The notes under the pieces are model-generated. The model was not told the DNA's origin and did not search any database. It was given only the letters and a program-made list of their open reading frames with translations. From NCBI RefSeq assembly GCF_964204645.1, contig NC_134036.1:2170001-2234000 (forward strand): a DNA stretch of 64,000 bases. The letters run 5' to 3'. A program made the position numbers and the translations under genes. The stretch is from Tubulanus polymorphus. Taxonomy: Eukaryota; Animalia; Nemertea. Position 1 is the first letter of the stretch, and every line of letters begins with the position of its first letter. This document shows, piece after piece, positions 38,892 through 51,600 of the stretch.

Positions 38892-39824
38892 TCAATCGAC
38901 TGATTTTCTACAGCGGATTTTCATGCAGAAATATTCACGAATTTCTCGACCCAGTAAAAGATAAATGTAAAAGTTCACGACATAGTTACACAATTGAAAA
39001 TTACTAAACGTGTTAAACAGGAAGTTTTTCACTGTCAAATGAATCGGAATAAAGGCAATAATCGAAGTGGGCAACGTAAACGTCGCGAACGCTAGCGACA
39101 CGATAACGAGCATTATTGTTGTACGTCTCGCTTTTGTTGCTTTTTGACGATCGGATGAACTAATCACGGATTTGGTGAATAGCAACCGCGCAACAATGAT
39201 AGAATTTGCCGTTATAATCACACCCAACGGTAACGTGTAAATGTAAATCAATATCGTAAAATATAAATTCATCACCGTAGTTTTGCTGTAGTAACAGCCG
39301 ATGTCGTCTGCGTACGACATGTCCAGTACTGGGGAGAAGTATATAAACAGAGCATGGAACGTTAAAATGCAGACGATAACGCATCGCGCGAATCTCGGTG
39401 TACATATCAAACGAGATGTGAACGGGAAGAGCACAACGGCCAGACGTTCTAAAGTAATCGTTACTATAAACCACGAACTGTTGCAACCGGCTAACACGTT
39501 AAAATACTCGTAAATTTGACAGCCGATCAACGAATTCATTAAGAAACCTTTACGCAGTCGCCAAAGCGCGTACTGCGCAACAGGCATGACCGTTAAATGG
39601 AAACAAAACAGGAAATCACTAAGCGACAAAACGATCAGATAGTTAGCGTACGATAAACCACGGAATCTACGACTTATCATTATGAAGAACGTAGCCGCGT
39701 TTCCAAACGCTCCCAACAAGAACAACGCCAAATACGCGATCGAAAATGTTCGGTAGCTTCCGGAATTATTGAGCAAAGTCGTGTAATATGGTCGTCCAAT
39801 TTGTCCTCGTGTGGTAGAATTCAT
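38892..39824 (-). CDS. Intronless class A orphan GPCR, tandem paralogue, copy B (310 aa)
   Basis: Same motifs as copy A, with long identical stretches (e.g. IMISRRFRGLSYANYLIVLSLSDFLFC and AGCNSSWFIVTITLERLAVVLFPFTSRLICTPRFARCVIVCIL); intact ATG-to-stop ORF. Confidence 0.93.
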   Translation of the reverse strand: MNSTTRGQIGRPYYTTLLNNSGSYRTFSIAYLALFLLGAFGNAATFFIMISRRFRGLSYANYLIVLSLSDFLFCFHLTVMPVAQYALWRLRKGFLMNSLIGCQIYEYFNVLAGCNSSWFIVTITLERLAVVLFPFTSRLICTPRFARCVIVCILTFHALFIYFSPVLDMSYADDIGCYYSKTTVMNLYFTILIYIYTLPLGVIITANSIIVARLLFTKSVISSSDRQKATKARRTTIMLVIVSLAFATFTLPTSIIAFIPIHLTVKNFLFNTFSNFQLCNYVVNFYIYLLLGREIREYFCMKIRCRKSVD

Positions 39825-41632
39825 ATTTCACATGATATGATATTGTATTCAAAGTTAGTAAACGGATGCCGTAAAGGTATCGACGTTCCAATCTGGTAGC
39901 CGCTCTCTCCAGGCTCGCCCAATAGTTTGTCCTATTAGCGAAACTTTATGTCACTGGTCGAGGGCGAAAAAACCATTGTCTGGATGATTGCAGAATGCAG
40001 TAAACGAATAAATTGAGGAAAGAATAATTTTAGATATTTTAGAGATACTTTACGTAAAATTAAATTAGAATCAATTTTTGGTGTAAGCCTACGTTTTTGA
40101 TTAAACTTTTCGCCGATATTGTGACGATATTAAGTTGTAAATATCCCAACCCTATGAATTTTCAATTTCAATTCATTTTTCAGATGAAGCCAATCTTCTG
40201 GTTTTGGCTTTGGATTTATAGTAACGTTTCGCCTCACTATGATGTTATATTTCCTAACAGTAGAATTTTCAATTATTATATTCTTTTTGGAAAATTCGGA
40301 AAATGGCGAAACATCCAAAAGTAAATATTTCTTCTTAGAGAATTTAGTGAAGAAATTAATTCAATCTAGAAACTTAAAGTTCATTGGATATATAAATATT
40401 TTTTTCTTCGAGATAAATCTTGTATTTTTCGAAGATCTCTGAAATCTAAATTTTCATTTTCGGAGATTTTCCACAAAAACTGCCACAAGGTCTCCGGAAA
40501 AAGGGAACCGCCGTAACCTAATAAAGGAAGTGAACTCGTTTGACATTTGAAAACGGATGAAAGTCAACGGAAAGTGGAGGCGTTCTAAAGATAATTAGTT
40601 CTGGAAAATCTATTAATTTTTTTTTTATTCTGAGCGGACGAGAGCTAGAATTCAAAACATGAAAAGGAGACCGAATTGTAAAAGGTGAAAATTCGCTTTT
40701 CCAGCGACCCGACTTTTGTTGAAACGTTCAAAAGTCTCCGTTATCCTATGCTACAGCAAGCCGAATGTGACGATCTTCACCGCTTTCTAAATACCATTGT
40801 TGTTACTCCTTAGCGACGATTTCAATAACGGCGCGGCTTAGCGACGCGAGCGTGTATTTAAGTCCGCAAAAATGAAAGGTATCAAAAAAATCCTTTTCGT
40901 TCTCCTCCCATCCCATTTTCAGATTAAAGTTTGCCGTGATTTCTTTGTGACGAGAAAGATGCAAAGAAAATAATGTAATAGCTCGGCGCTGTTGAATATC
41001 CAGGTGACCTTTTAACGACTAGTGAAGACGTAATTGTCAGGTGCGCCTCTTTTCAAAGATAGGGAACACGCTTTCTCGGAGAAAGAATTTCGTAAAGCGA
41101 TTTTCTGCTGCTCGGCGATGTAAAGGTCAGTGTTGGAAAAAAATGAACGTGACATTGAAATTGTGGATTATTTTTCATTAATTTTAGAATAGATCCCACT
41201 ATGCCATCAGTAAATTGAAATGTCGGAAAAGACGCTTCCAACAAGATGGCGTCTAAAATGAATTCCTCGGTAACTTCAGCAAGGTAAGTTTTTGATCTAG
41301 ATGCTTTGAACACATAGCTTCTTCCATAACTACTTCTATGACATCAATCAGAAGTATTGTTGACATCCTAACTCCCCCTATGACATCATCATAGCACTTT
41401 TAATGGGCTAGTCCATGTTAAAACGTAAACCATGAATTTGATGGCGTCAAAGACGGTTCAATGAAGGCAGATAACATTTTTAGAACCATCGACGTATAGG
41501 CAAACCAATTTGACGATGCCTTTCGGGGTATTTCCGAAGGCATTTTTAGAAGCATCTACATTAGCAAAATCAATATGACGAATGACGTGATAAGGGGATA
41601 TTTTTGGCAACTATTCAGGAGTTATCTACATG

Positions 41633-41880
41633 AACGATATCAATTTGATGATGCCATAGGGGGATTTATGGAGGTAGACATTGCTCATCAAGTAGTTGTA
41701 GACTCGGGAATGGAAAACGATATCAATTTGATGATGTCATAGGGGGATTTATGGCGGTAGACATTGCTCATCAAGTAGTTGTAGACTAGGGAATGGAAAA
41801 CGATATCAATTTGATGATGTCATAGGGGGATTTACGGAGGTAGACATTGCTCATCAAGTAGTTGTAGACTAGGGAATGGA
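41633..41880. repeat. About 83-bp tandem repeat x3 (member of the dispersed TGATGTCATAG / CCATCTT family)
   Basis: AACGATATCAATTTGATGATGTCATAGGGGGATTTATGGAGGTAGACATTGCTCATCAAGTAGTTGTAGACTAGGGAATGGA. Confidence 0.88.
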
Positions 41881-44207
41881 TGACGTTGAACCTGAAAATA
41901 CTCATTTGCCACTAGAATTTTAATCAACTACCGACTTTACATTTTAAAACTCATTATATTCAAAGCTAAAAGTAGACCTAACGAAGATCTGTAACACTGA
42001 GGCAAAGAGAACAAAATATATCTTATCGAGTATCCTTTGAACAGCTACTGGTGTGTTACTAAAAGCCTTTCTGTTACGGGCACATTAGCGCGCGCCTTTT
42101 CTAAAGAACGAACGAACTACAAAGCGAAAAACTGAATGCCGTTGACATTTTGAAAATCCGACTGACAACAATGGAGGTCGGTCGGTGTTGCGAAGCTTAG
42201 CAACGGTAATAAAGCAAACGATCCTAATTACTTGACTTTTATGCAGAAGAAAATATTGACATTTTTCATTTTTTTGGTGAATAGGTTTTTTGTTAGATGT
42301 AATGACTTCAGGCAAACTGAAGAAAGACCAAAGACCTCGATGAGGGGCAACATGAGAGAGTACCTACACTGGAGCTTTTAACTTGACTTCATTTTCATTA
42401 AATATGATTAGATATCTCGACTGATGAAATGTTGGCTAGAATTTAATGATACTTGTAAATCGTGGACTGCGGCGTTGGCGACCACTGGACAAAAATTGAC
42501 AAGCAAGCCTGGATATGGCAGCTAATCTAGGTGTAAATCTAGGTGTAACCTGAGAACAATATCTGCGCAGAATAGTCCAAGCGAATTCGCCGTCTTAAAA
42601 AGGAGTTTTTATTGACAGGTATATTTCTAAGAAACTCCATCACTGGAAGTAGAGAGATGAATTTACCGATGCTACGAAAACAGTCTTACAAAAATCGAAT
42701 CGGAGTCGGATTCGCGAACGACGGGCGCTAAGAGGTAAATCGAACTGGTTCCGTAGAGAATGGTATCCGATACCCAGCGTCGGTTCTGTCTATTGTCGAC
42801 ATGACGAAAGCCGCGGCTATTTTTTGTTCCTATTTTGACTTGTTCATCATCAACAACGTCGTCGTCGTTTCGTTTTACAATCGTGCACGGATTCCTGATT
42901 TTAGTCGCCACCGACAACATGGCGAACGGATATCCGGTTGGCTTTAATTCCAGGCGATAATAATAGCCTGGGTTGCATAACAGGGTTTTTTTCTAAATAA
43001 TGTTGGTCGATGATGAATTTTTGACGTCACGTCAAAATGTATATAGATTCGGGAAGTTTGAGGAGCACGGAGTTGAACTCCCCCCCCCAAAAAAAACCCC
43101 TACAAGATGGAGTTCTCACGTAGCTGAACTGCTTCAATTGCTTCAACTATATCGAATATTGTTAAGTGTTCAACATGTGAAGCTCTTTATCTTATACGTG
43201 ACAAACTATCCATCAATATTGAGCATCTTCAATAGAAGAAAAAAAAAATAACCAACAACATTCATTTTGGCAATCCCCTCAAAAAATATCCCACAATACT
43301 AAGGATCTTCTAAAAACTAACCGACAATATCCTAACAATACTATACAAAATACTCTGTATCTTCAGAAAGCTCTCCGATAACATTAGACTGATAGACACA
43401 TAGTGCGGCAGGTTCTCCGGAGAACAATGCCCTAACTACAATTGTAGTACAGAAACAGGTCCTTGGGAAAATATGGACAATATTATAATGGTGGTAACCC
43501 TTTCAAAAACAAAATGAAGAATGCGTGCAGAAAATAATCCAGGAAAGATCCATGAGCGAACTCCAAGTACATGGAGCAAACTCCAAGAATAAGGAGCAAG
43601 TTCCAAGCTCCAACAACAAGGAGCAAATGGGAAATTAGTAGCAAACTCCAGGAACTTGAAGATTATAAAGAGTAATCTCAAGAACTCCACGTTTCAAGTA
43701 GCGAGCCCTCGATGGTGCAATAACCCCCATGTTGCAAAGAACCTGAAAAGTTGCTGAATGATAATTTCAAATTTTCCATACTATTTCTATATTTCTCAGC
43801 AAATAAAAACAGCTCGTTCGCGCGCGAGTGGGGCTCATTAAAATCGAGTGACTGACATTTAATTCGGAACAGATGTTAATTTTTCAATATTCACACGGTT
43901 CCTACACATATATATATTTACTGATATTGGTTTACGCGGAGTGTTTTAACGGGAGGCATCTGGCCGTTACAGGGTGATAATAATAATTATATATATATAT
44001 ATACACGCACTAGATGAACAGACGATCTTTACGGTAGTCTATGACAGCTGTAATGACATCTGTCGCACGCATAACGACAAGAATATACTTCTTCCCGATA
44101 ACTTAAGTGATTCTTGTAACAGCGCTTAGAATGTCTCAAGTGTTTTGTAATCCGGTTCATCGTGCGAACTTTGTGATGCCAAATACAACATAACAGCGTG
44201 ACGAGGG

Positions 44208-44611
44208 TGTGAGGGGAGGGGAGGTTATTTGAAGGTGACACCACTAGGGTGCTGCTACCATAGCTGTGAGGGGAGGGGAAGTTATTTGAAGGTAATGTCA
44301 CTAGGGTGCTGCTACCATAGCTGTGAGGGGAGGGGAAGTTATTTGAAGGTAATGTCACTAGGATGCTGATAACATAGCTGTGTTCAAGGGAGAGGAAGTT
44401 ATGGGAAGGTGACACCACTAAGGTGCTGATACCATAGCTGTGAAGGGAGGGGAAGTTATTGGAAGGTAACCTCACTAGGGTGCTGCTACCATAGCCCTGA
44501 GGGGAGGGGAAGTTATTTGAAGGTAACGTCACTAGGGTGCTGATACCATAGCTGTGAGGGGAGGGGAAGCTATTTGAAGGTAACACCACTAGGGTGCTGA
44601 TACCATAGCTG
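44208..44611. repeat. 57-bp minisatellite family, array 2 (about 7 copies)
   Basis: Same unit as 30809; produces repetitive ORF 44029..44589. Confidence 0.92.
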
Positions 44612-44915
44612 CATTAAGGGGGCTAGAATGTCTATCGGAGCCACTATATCGTCTGCTATACACGTCCTTGTAGCCGGACAGTACGAAGCTCTACATATTA
44701 TCAACAAGTGGTAATGTTTACTTTAATGATCCGTGCAGGAAATAGTGTTTGATTAGTTTGAATATTTAAATGCGCCTCTCAGATATCACATTTATACACT
44801 GTAGTATATAGTACCGTTAACACAACACCTTTACACCATATCACGCTCATACTTCCTTAACAGCTGAAACCCAAGGACCGCGTCCCATCGCAGTATCAAC
44901 AAGTAGTGAATACTG

Positions 44916-45251
44916 GGCTCAATTGCATTATCGTGGCTTAAGTTTAAAAATGGTCTTAAATTTTAAGACTGGTCTTAAGTTGTTAGATTGGTTATAGAAC
45001 TAAAATGAGCTTAGACTGGTCTTAAGTTGTTGGATTGGCAATAGAACCAAAATAAGCTTAGACTGGTCTTAAGTTGTTAGATTGGCTATAGAACCAAAAT
45101 GAGCTTAGACTGGTCTTAAGTTGTTGGATTGGCAATAGAACTAAAACGAGCTTAGACTGGTCTTAAGTTGGTAGATTGAACTGAAATGAGCTTAGACTGG
45201 TCTTAAGTTGTTAAAACTAACAATAGAACTAAGATGGTTTTAGGCTGGTCT
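44916..45251 (-). mobile_element. MITE of the 48.4-kb family (reverse orientation) with an internally expanded 47-bp tandem array
   Basis: Begins with a diverged reverse complement of the MITE right end (GGGCTCAATTGCATTATCGTGGCTTAAGTTTAAAAATGGTCTTAAATTTTAAGACTGGTCTTAAG). It then has about 6 copies of GACTGGTCTTAAGTTGTTAGATTGGxTATAGAACxAAAATGAGCTTA. Confidence 0.75.
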
Positions 45252-46011
45252 TTAGATAATACTTTTGGATTAGAGTCTAAAGCAAACTTTTAACTTCAAA
45301 CTTTATCAAATTACACAAATTTCAAAACCACTTCCAGGGAACATTTTTGCCCCCGCGACGCGCACCCTGGTACTGTACGTTATCAGGTTACCACGGCAAT
45401 GACACCGATACCGCGTATCCGAATGTCGAGTAGGAGATCGCGGAAGGGACCCTGGAAATTCTCGTCAAATAGCGAACAAAAAAAATTTCGTCAAATTTCC
45501 GAGAATTTCGAAACCGATCCCTGAGAAAACGATATCGTCTTTCAAGGACAAAAAAATATACATAAGTAGGAATTCTAAAACCCCGAGCAGACGGCAGAGT
45601 ACCAGCATCTATAATGCATATTTACGATATACCGGTTCTAATCCCCGATGTAATCCCGTATCGTAAAATGTATAATCCGGCGTTAATCCGTACGCTGTAC
45701 ATGAATAGGTGAGTATCGGCGCGCTAATCTGCGGACAATTAATCATCGTCTGCTATAGATCTTAGCGGAAGCTTCGCGGGGAATAAAAAAGTTCCAACGG
45801 AATAATATCCTACATCTTTTTCAATCTAATTATCTTGAATTTCCAAACCGTATCTTCGAAGTTATTAATAATTTCCAGATTTAGATGAGTATAATTCAGA
45901 TGATTTAAGTTGCCCGAGGCGTTTCAATACAGTTTTCATCGTTTCTTAGAAAAATGCGGTTATTTTCGAGCACAATTCAAAAATTTCTGGAAAGGTTGAT
46001 GGTAATGAGTG

Positions 46012-46300
46012 AAATTAAACCCACACAACACTGTAGAACTGGGTTCAAAGTCAAATTAAACCCACACAACTGTGGAACTGGGTCCTCAGACAAATTAAAC
46101 CCACACAACTGTGGAACTGGGTTCAGATTCAAATTAAACCCACACAACTGTGGAACTGGGTTCAGATTCGAAATTAAACCCACACAACTGTGGAACTGGG
46201 TTCAGATTCGAAATTAAACCCACACAACTGTGGAACTGGGTCCTCAGACAAATTAAACCCACACAACTGTGGAACTGGATCCAGAGTCAAATTAAACCCA
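46012..46300 (+). repeat. 39-bp minisatellite (about 7 copies) containing a MITE-terminus-like motif
   Basis: Unit AAATTAAACCCACACAACTGTGGAACTGGGTTCAGATTC; ACAACTGTGGAACTGGG equals the right end of the 63.5-kb MITE. Confidence 0.9.
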
Positions 46301-47503
46301 CGCACACTAATGATGCGTGAATGGGCCAGGAGGCGCCACACAATTGTTGAACTGAATCAGATCTATTAGACAAACTTATTACTGAGAGTCAAAATACTAA
46401 TTAAAACCTGTGGAGTTTGGTCTCAGTTAATTCGGAAACTCATAAGAAATGTTATGAAGAAATCCAGCAATTTATCAGTTCCATAATTAGTCCTTATGGT
46501 CGACAATGAGAATCATATTAAAGGCCCTCACGGGAGGTCTTCATAACAATCGTGTCTAAGTCCAAGAGTAACGTAAATACCGGAGTTACTTATTGTATTC
46601 TAACGAACACTCGAATTGTAAACATTGCTGAAATTATGTGCGTTCCAAATTCAGATAAAAGATTAGTCATTTCGATTGTCCATAGACGGGGCGGATTAAA
46701 ATTTCGAATTTAACGGTTAGCTTCAAAAAGGACATCGCGGGCAGTATAATCTTAATTTAACAGTCGGTCATTTGAAAGTCGAAATATTTAAGAATGGATT
46801 AAACTTTATTTATGTTGATTAATGCGCCGTAAGGTTAAGATAAATATAGTCGAGGTGAACCTATCTATTCCGATATAGGTGACAATAATTTTGATAATTC
46901 GTACGTTTGCGCAAGGCTTCGACCGATAAGCCGAACGTACCGCCATGTGGCATGTAAAATAAACTTCACGTCTGATTCACGTTGGATTCTATATCATTCA
47001 GCATTCAATACCATACGATATTATTCCGCTAATCTGCAGGTCGGCACTGCCATACATTCTATAGAATATCACGGTATTTCAAAGTATAATCTGACAATAT
47101 GAAAATAAAATATAAAATCCCAGCCGACTAAGAATTACTGCAGTTCTCGATGTTTCCTTCAATTAACAACGTTTATTTAAAGTTTAAGCATATCTTTAAA
47201 GTCATATTCAGGTGTACTATTATTTTTACGAGATTTTATGACATCGAAATTCATTAATAAGAAAATCGTCAAAACGTTCAAACAAACTATAATGATGCAT
47301 ATTTTTTCTTTTTTTTTCGAAAACTGGTTGAATAAACTACAAAAGCCGAAAGATTCCTGACGATGTCTATTTTTGGGATAAACATTTCGGACTTTTTTTC
47401 TCATTGTTGGATTTTAAGCTATCGTTCTAAGCGTTTTATCGACGTAACAGACAGATGTAACAGATATTGTGACGTTGTTCTGCTGTATGGTTTAGCTAGC
47501 TAC

Positions 47504-47605
<102 letters not shown>

Positions 47606-48355
47606 GTGTTATTTTAAAACAACTCGCGGATCGAAAAGAATTATTGTCATTCGAAAACATGAAAACAGAATTTTAACGATTATTTTCGGTCTGCCGGTAT
47701 CAGATTTCCACACAAAATTGTATCATCACGTTCACGTCACTGTGTAACTAAATAATCATTATTTTCGGTGTCTGTACATAAAATATATCTGGTAACACAC
47801 ACATCATACACACAAACACGTGCGCGCGCGCGCAACTATCGAATCGGTAAAAGGAGTCTGGTACTGGTGACGATATCGTCAGACGATGAATTGAGAATTC
47901 TAAATCGATATTTTCGAATACGCAAAGATGCATGTTTTATATATAGGCTTTATGGTGCATATTGTCAACAGCTAGTTAAGTAGTTCAGGATTTAAGTCAA
48001 CTCTAACTCATTTTCCAACAGGTGATAGCCTAACTGATATCAAATTTAATCGCGCATAAATTCATTTGATAGTTAACTGAGTTATCTCCTGTATTAACGT
48101 TAATACCAGTCTATAGAGATGGTCCCAGGGCATCACTGAAGTTGTCACTATTTTTGAGTCCCAAATTTTATTCTTAGTGGCCCAGGCGCAAAGTCGAGAT
48201 TTAAGTGGAAAAATGGGCCCAAATCTTAAGACTGATCATAAGTTGTTAGGTTGGCTATAGAACTGAGATGTCTCGGGTTGATCTAAAATCTCTTAAGCCG
48301 TGATAGTGGACCTAACTACGGTAGCAACCAACAAATTCAAAACTTATGTTCCCAG

Positions 48356-48493
48356 GGGCCGGTTGCGAAGTCATGGCTTAGACTTAAGACCAGTCTAAGA
48401 CCAACTTAGTTCTATAGCCAATCTAACAACCTAAGACTAGTCTTAGAATTTAAGACCACTTTTGGACTTAAGTCACGACTGTGCAACTGGCCC
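48356..48493. mobile_element. 138-bp MITE, PIF/Harbinger-like
   Basis: Terminal inverted repeats GGGCCGGTTGC ... GCAACTGGCCC flanked by CAG and CTG (CWG-type target); no coding capacity. Confidence 0.8.
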
Positions 48494-48496
48494 CTG

Positions 48497-48634
48497 GGGC
48501 CGGTTCCATAGTCATGGCTTAGACTCAAGACCAATTTAAGACCATGTTAGTTCTATAACCAATCCAACAACTTAAGACCAGTCTTAAAATTTAAGACCAT
48601 TTTTGGACTTAAGTCTCAACTGAGGAACCGGCCC
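48497..48634. mobile_element. Second 138-bp MITE of the same family, head-to-tail with the first
   Basis: TIRs GGGCCGGTTCC ... GGAACCGGCCC flanked by CTG on both sides (apparent 3-bp TSD); internal sequence is homologous to the first copy. Confidence 0.8.
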
Positions 48635-51600
48635 CTGGTCTTTAAAAAAAATAAACGCTTACAAAATTGGGCCGTGAAGTTAAGTTTATATTCCAACGCA
48701 TTAAGGCCAGGTGAGTATAATAGAATTCGTTCAGTTTTTTCAAACACGAATTGAAAATCAATTGATGCACATAAACTCGTGATGATAGGGATGCTGCCAA
48801 TATGCCGAGTGTCTAAATATACGCGTGTATGAGTGTTACTACTATAACAGTTAAATCATTATATTGCATTGGAAAAAGATTTTTTATTTGTCAAACGGAA
48901 AGACGCCTGCGGTTTGCGTTGGTTCGATATAATATGCAGGCAAGTGCATTTGGTACGAACTACAAATTCTGATACCAGCTTCCAATATATACAACGGAAG
49001 AAAAAATATTCTTAAAAATCGTCTTTTTGCTTTCCGAAAGCAAAAAGTATGAAATTGCCTTTTGAGACCTATATATCAGCGCCTGCTGCCAATGCGCTTC
49101 CGATGGGCAGTAGAAGAAAATATTTTTGAATACAAAGACTAATATTTAGTAAGTTTCCTAATCATCGTTTTCCCGAAGGCGCACATTTCTAAAACAAGTC
49201 CCTAAATCTTAAAAAGATGAATTGTCTGGGAAAATTCCCCGTATAAAAATAAATACCTGTCGTACATGGACTCAATGAACATAGGCTTCTAAATTCCATA
49301 CTCTAAGTATTCATGATTATAACTTCCTTAGAAAACTGTCGAAATGCTGTCCAAACGTCGGTCAGTCTGTCGGTCAGTCGGTCAGTCAGTCAGGGTCAGT
49401 CGTAATTAGACACTCAAGACTTACTTGTTACCGATTTGAGAGTGCGGTGAATCCATCACCTATATCGTAACGATATATCGAAGAAAACAAAACGATATAT
49501 CATTACATTGTAAATCCGACGGGACGTTTCCAACCGGAGCAGACGATCAGCGCGCAGGACGGCGTGAATATAACCGCCACGAATTTCAAGAAAAACCTTT
49601 TCTCCTTTTGAAATCGCATCAGCATTTTTCGACGACCTCCAAATTTCTTCCGCACACGCAAAATCACGCACGCATTACACGCACTCTGTCACGCAAAATA
49701 TTCCTATATCCCCGGACAAACGGCTTCATTTTCCTTCGAGATTCGCTTAACTACGGCGTTTCAACAAAAACAATTCGATTTTTACGTCTAAAACAACAAC
49801 GCTTCAAACGTACGTTAAATAACGTAAACGAACGCTCAAAACGACGTTAGATGCGAATCAACGCGTAATCTTAACGTATTTAAACAACGCTTCAGACGTT
49901 ACGCTTACGTTTGATAGTTTTTCTCCGTAAGTGATTCGAACGCTCGCTACGTTCGACCGAGTCACACATAGAACACGAACGGAACGGAACGCTGTGTCTT
50001 CGAGTTGGATATCTTAGCGACTCTAAACACACCGTGTCACTGTGTGTGAGAGACAGACAGTGTAGATAAACACGAGCGCGCGCTTTGAGCGAGGTGTATT
50101 CAACACTAGCGCCACCATGCGATTTACAGCTGAACTATTAAAATATAAACATGCTTACAAACAAGATTTCTACGGAGCAAGTTGCTGAAAAGTTGGTTTA
50201 AGAAAACCGGCGGGATTAATACCATAGTAAAACAATGAACTTTTAATCGTGGTTAACACTCAAACAAGCTGTTGAATTATTGGTCCCAAGATGATAGATA
50301 TTAATGACGTTTATTTATGGTCTTATCAAAATGTTACAGAATGTTAGTTATATTTTTTCCGTTAGTCCACTTTGGAAAATAAGTTCATTCTGCGAAGTTT
50401 GTCAACAATGCGAGTTAGATCCAGTCCAATAGTTGCACAGGTGTAGATAAACTTTTAATATCTTTTTTCTATTTTCTAGATTTTTGCAATGGCTTTATTC
50501 AGCTCCCTACGGAGTAGAATTTTAATCAATCGCCGACTGAATTCGCTCGCGCGGAACCCAAGAAGGAAACGCATTCGAGAAAAAGTAATCAAACAAATAG
50601 AAAATATCTACAGGATTATTTAATATTTAATATTCAAAAGAGACAGTTCGGTAATTTCCTCATATTTGAAACTCTACTTGTAAATATAAACAATATGAAA
50701 ATTATGTGAACGTCTAAAATCTGTAGTTAATTTTCACCAAAAGAAAAAAAAATTAAAAAGAAATTCCATGAAAAAAAATATTAATTAAGTTCCAGTTTAA
50801 ATATATCTAGTTCATTTTCAGGAAAAGAGATAAATAGGAAAAAGTAAAGTCCATAAAAAAAAGATCGTACTTTTCGGAAATTCTCGCCAGGAAATTATAG
50901 AAAATTTAGAAATCCCTTAAATATCTTAATAATACGTAGTTCATTTTCAGGGAGAAATGATTAAAAAGAAGAAATTCCATTAAAAATATATATTTCAAGT
51001 TCGTATGTTTAGAAGTAAACACAAAATGTAGCGAGGCTCGTGTTTGTTTTTTTTTCACTAAATTTGTTTTCGCTAACTACATCGGTTGGCGCGTTTGGAT
51101 TTCCTTTTTTATTTTGATAAATTGATAACACACACCAGATCTACACGAGATCCAGGCACGCGGTAGGCGCCATGATGTATATTTTATACTCGCACGCACA
51201 AGCAGCAGACAGCCACAAGACGCTGATAGAACTCGCTAATGGCGATTGAGAATTTCCTCAAAGCGCAGGGAGAAAGAATTCACATTTTGAGCTTAGCTGG
51301 ATTTTTATTTTCATATCAATTTTTTATGTTTTTATACCGCGCCTCACAGAAGCCTAAACCGATGGAACGTGCTAATTGGCAATATTGAGATATCAATCTC
51401 AATGGATAGAAACTCCACATCTGAATATGATATATCCAGAGAAGAAAAGAGAGCTTGACTAGAATTTTTTTCGAAATATCAATTAGGTAGCTTCTTTTTT
51501 TTAAGATATGAATTTCTCAAAATGTGTCAGTCCCGCCTTGAACCAGCAGAATAGAGAACAAAATCTCGTCTAATTTTATTTCCAAATTCAGTCGCTTCTT

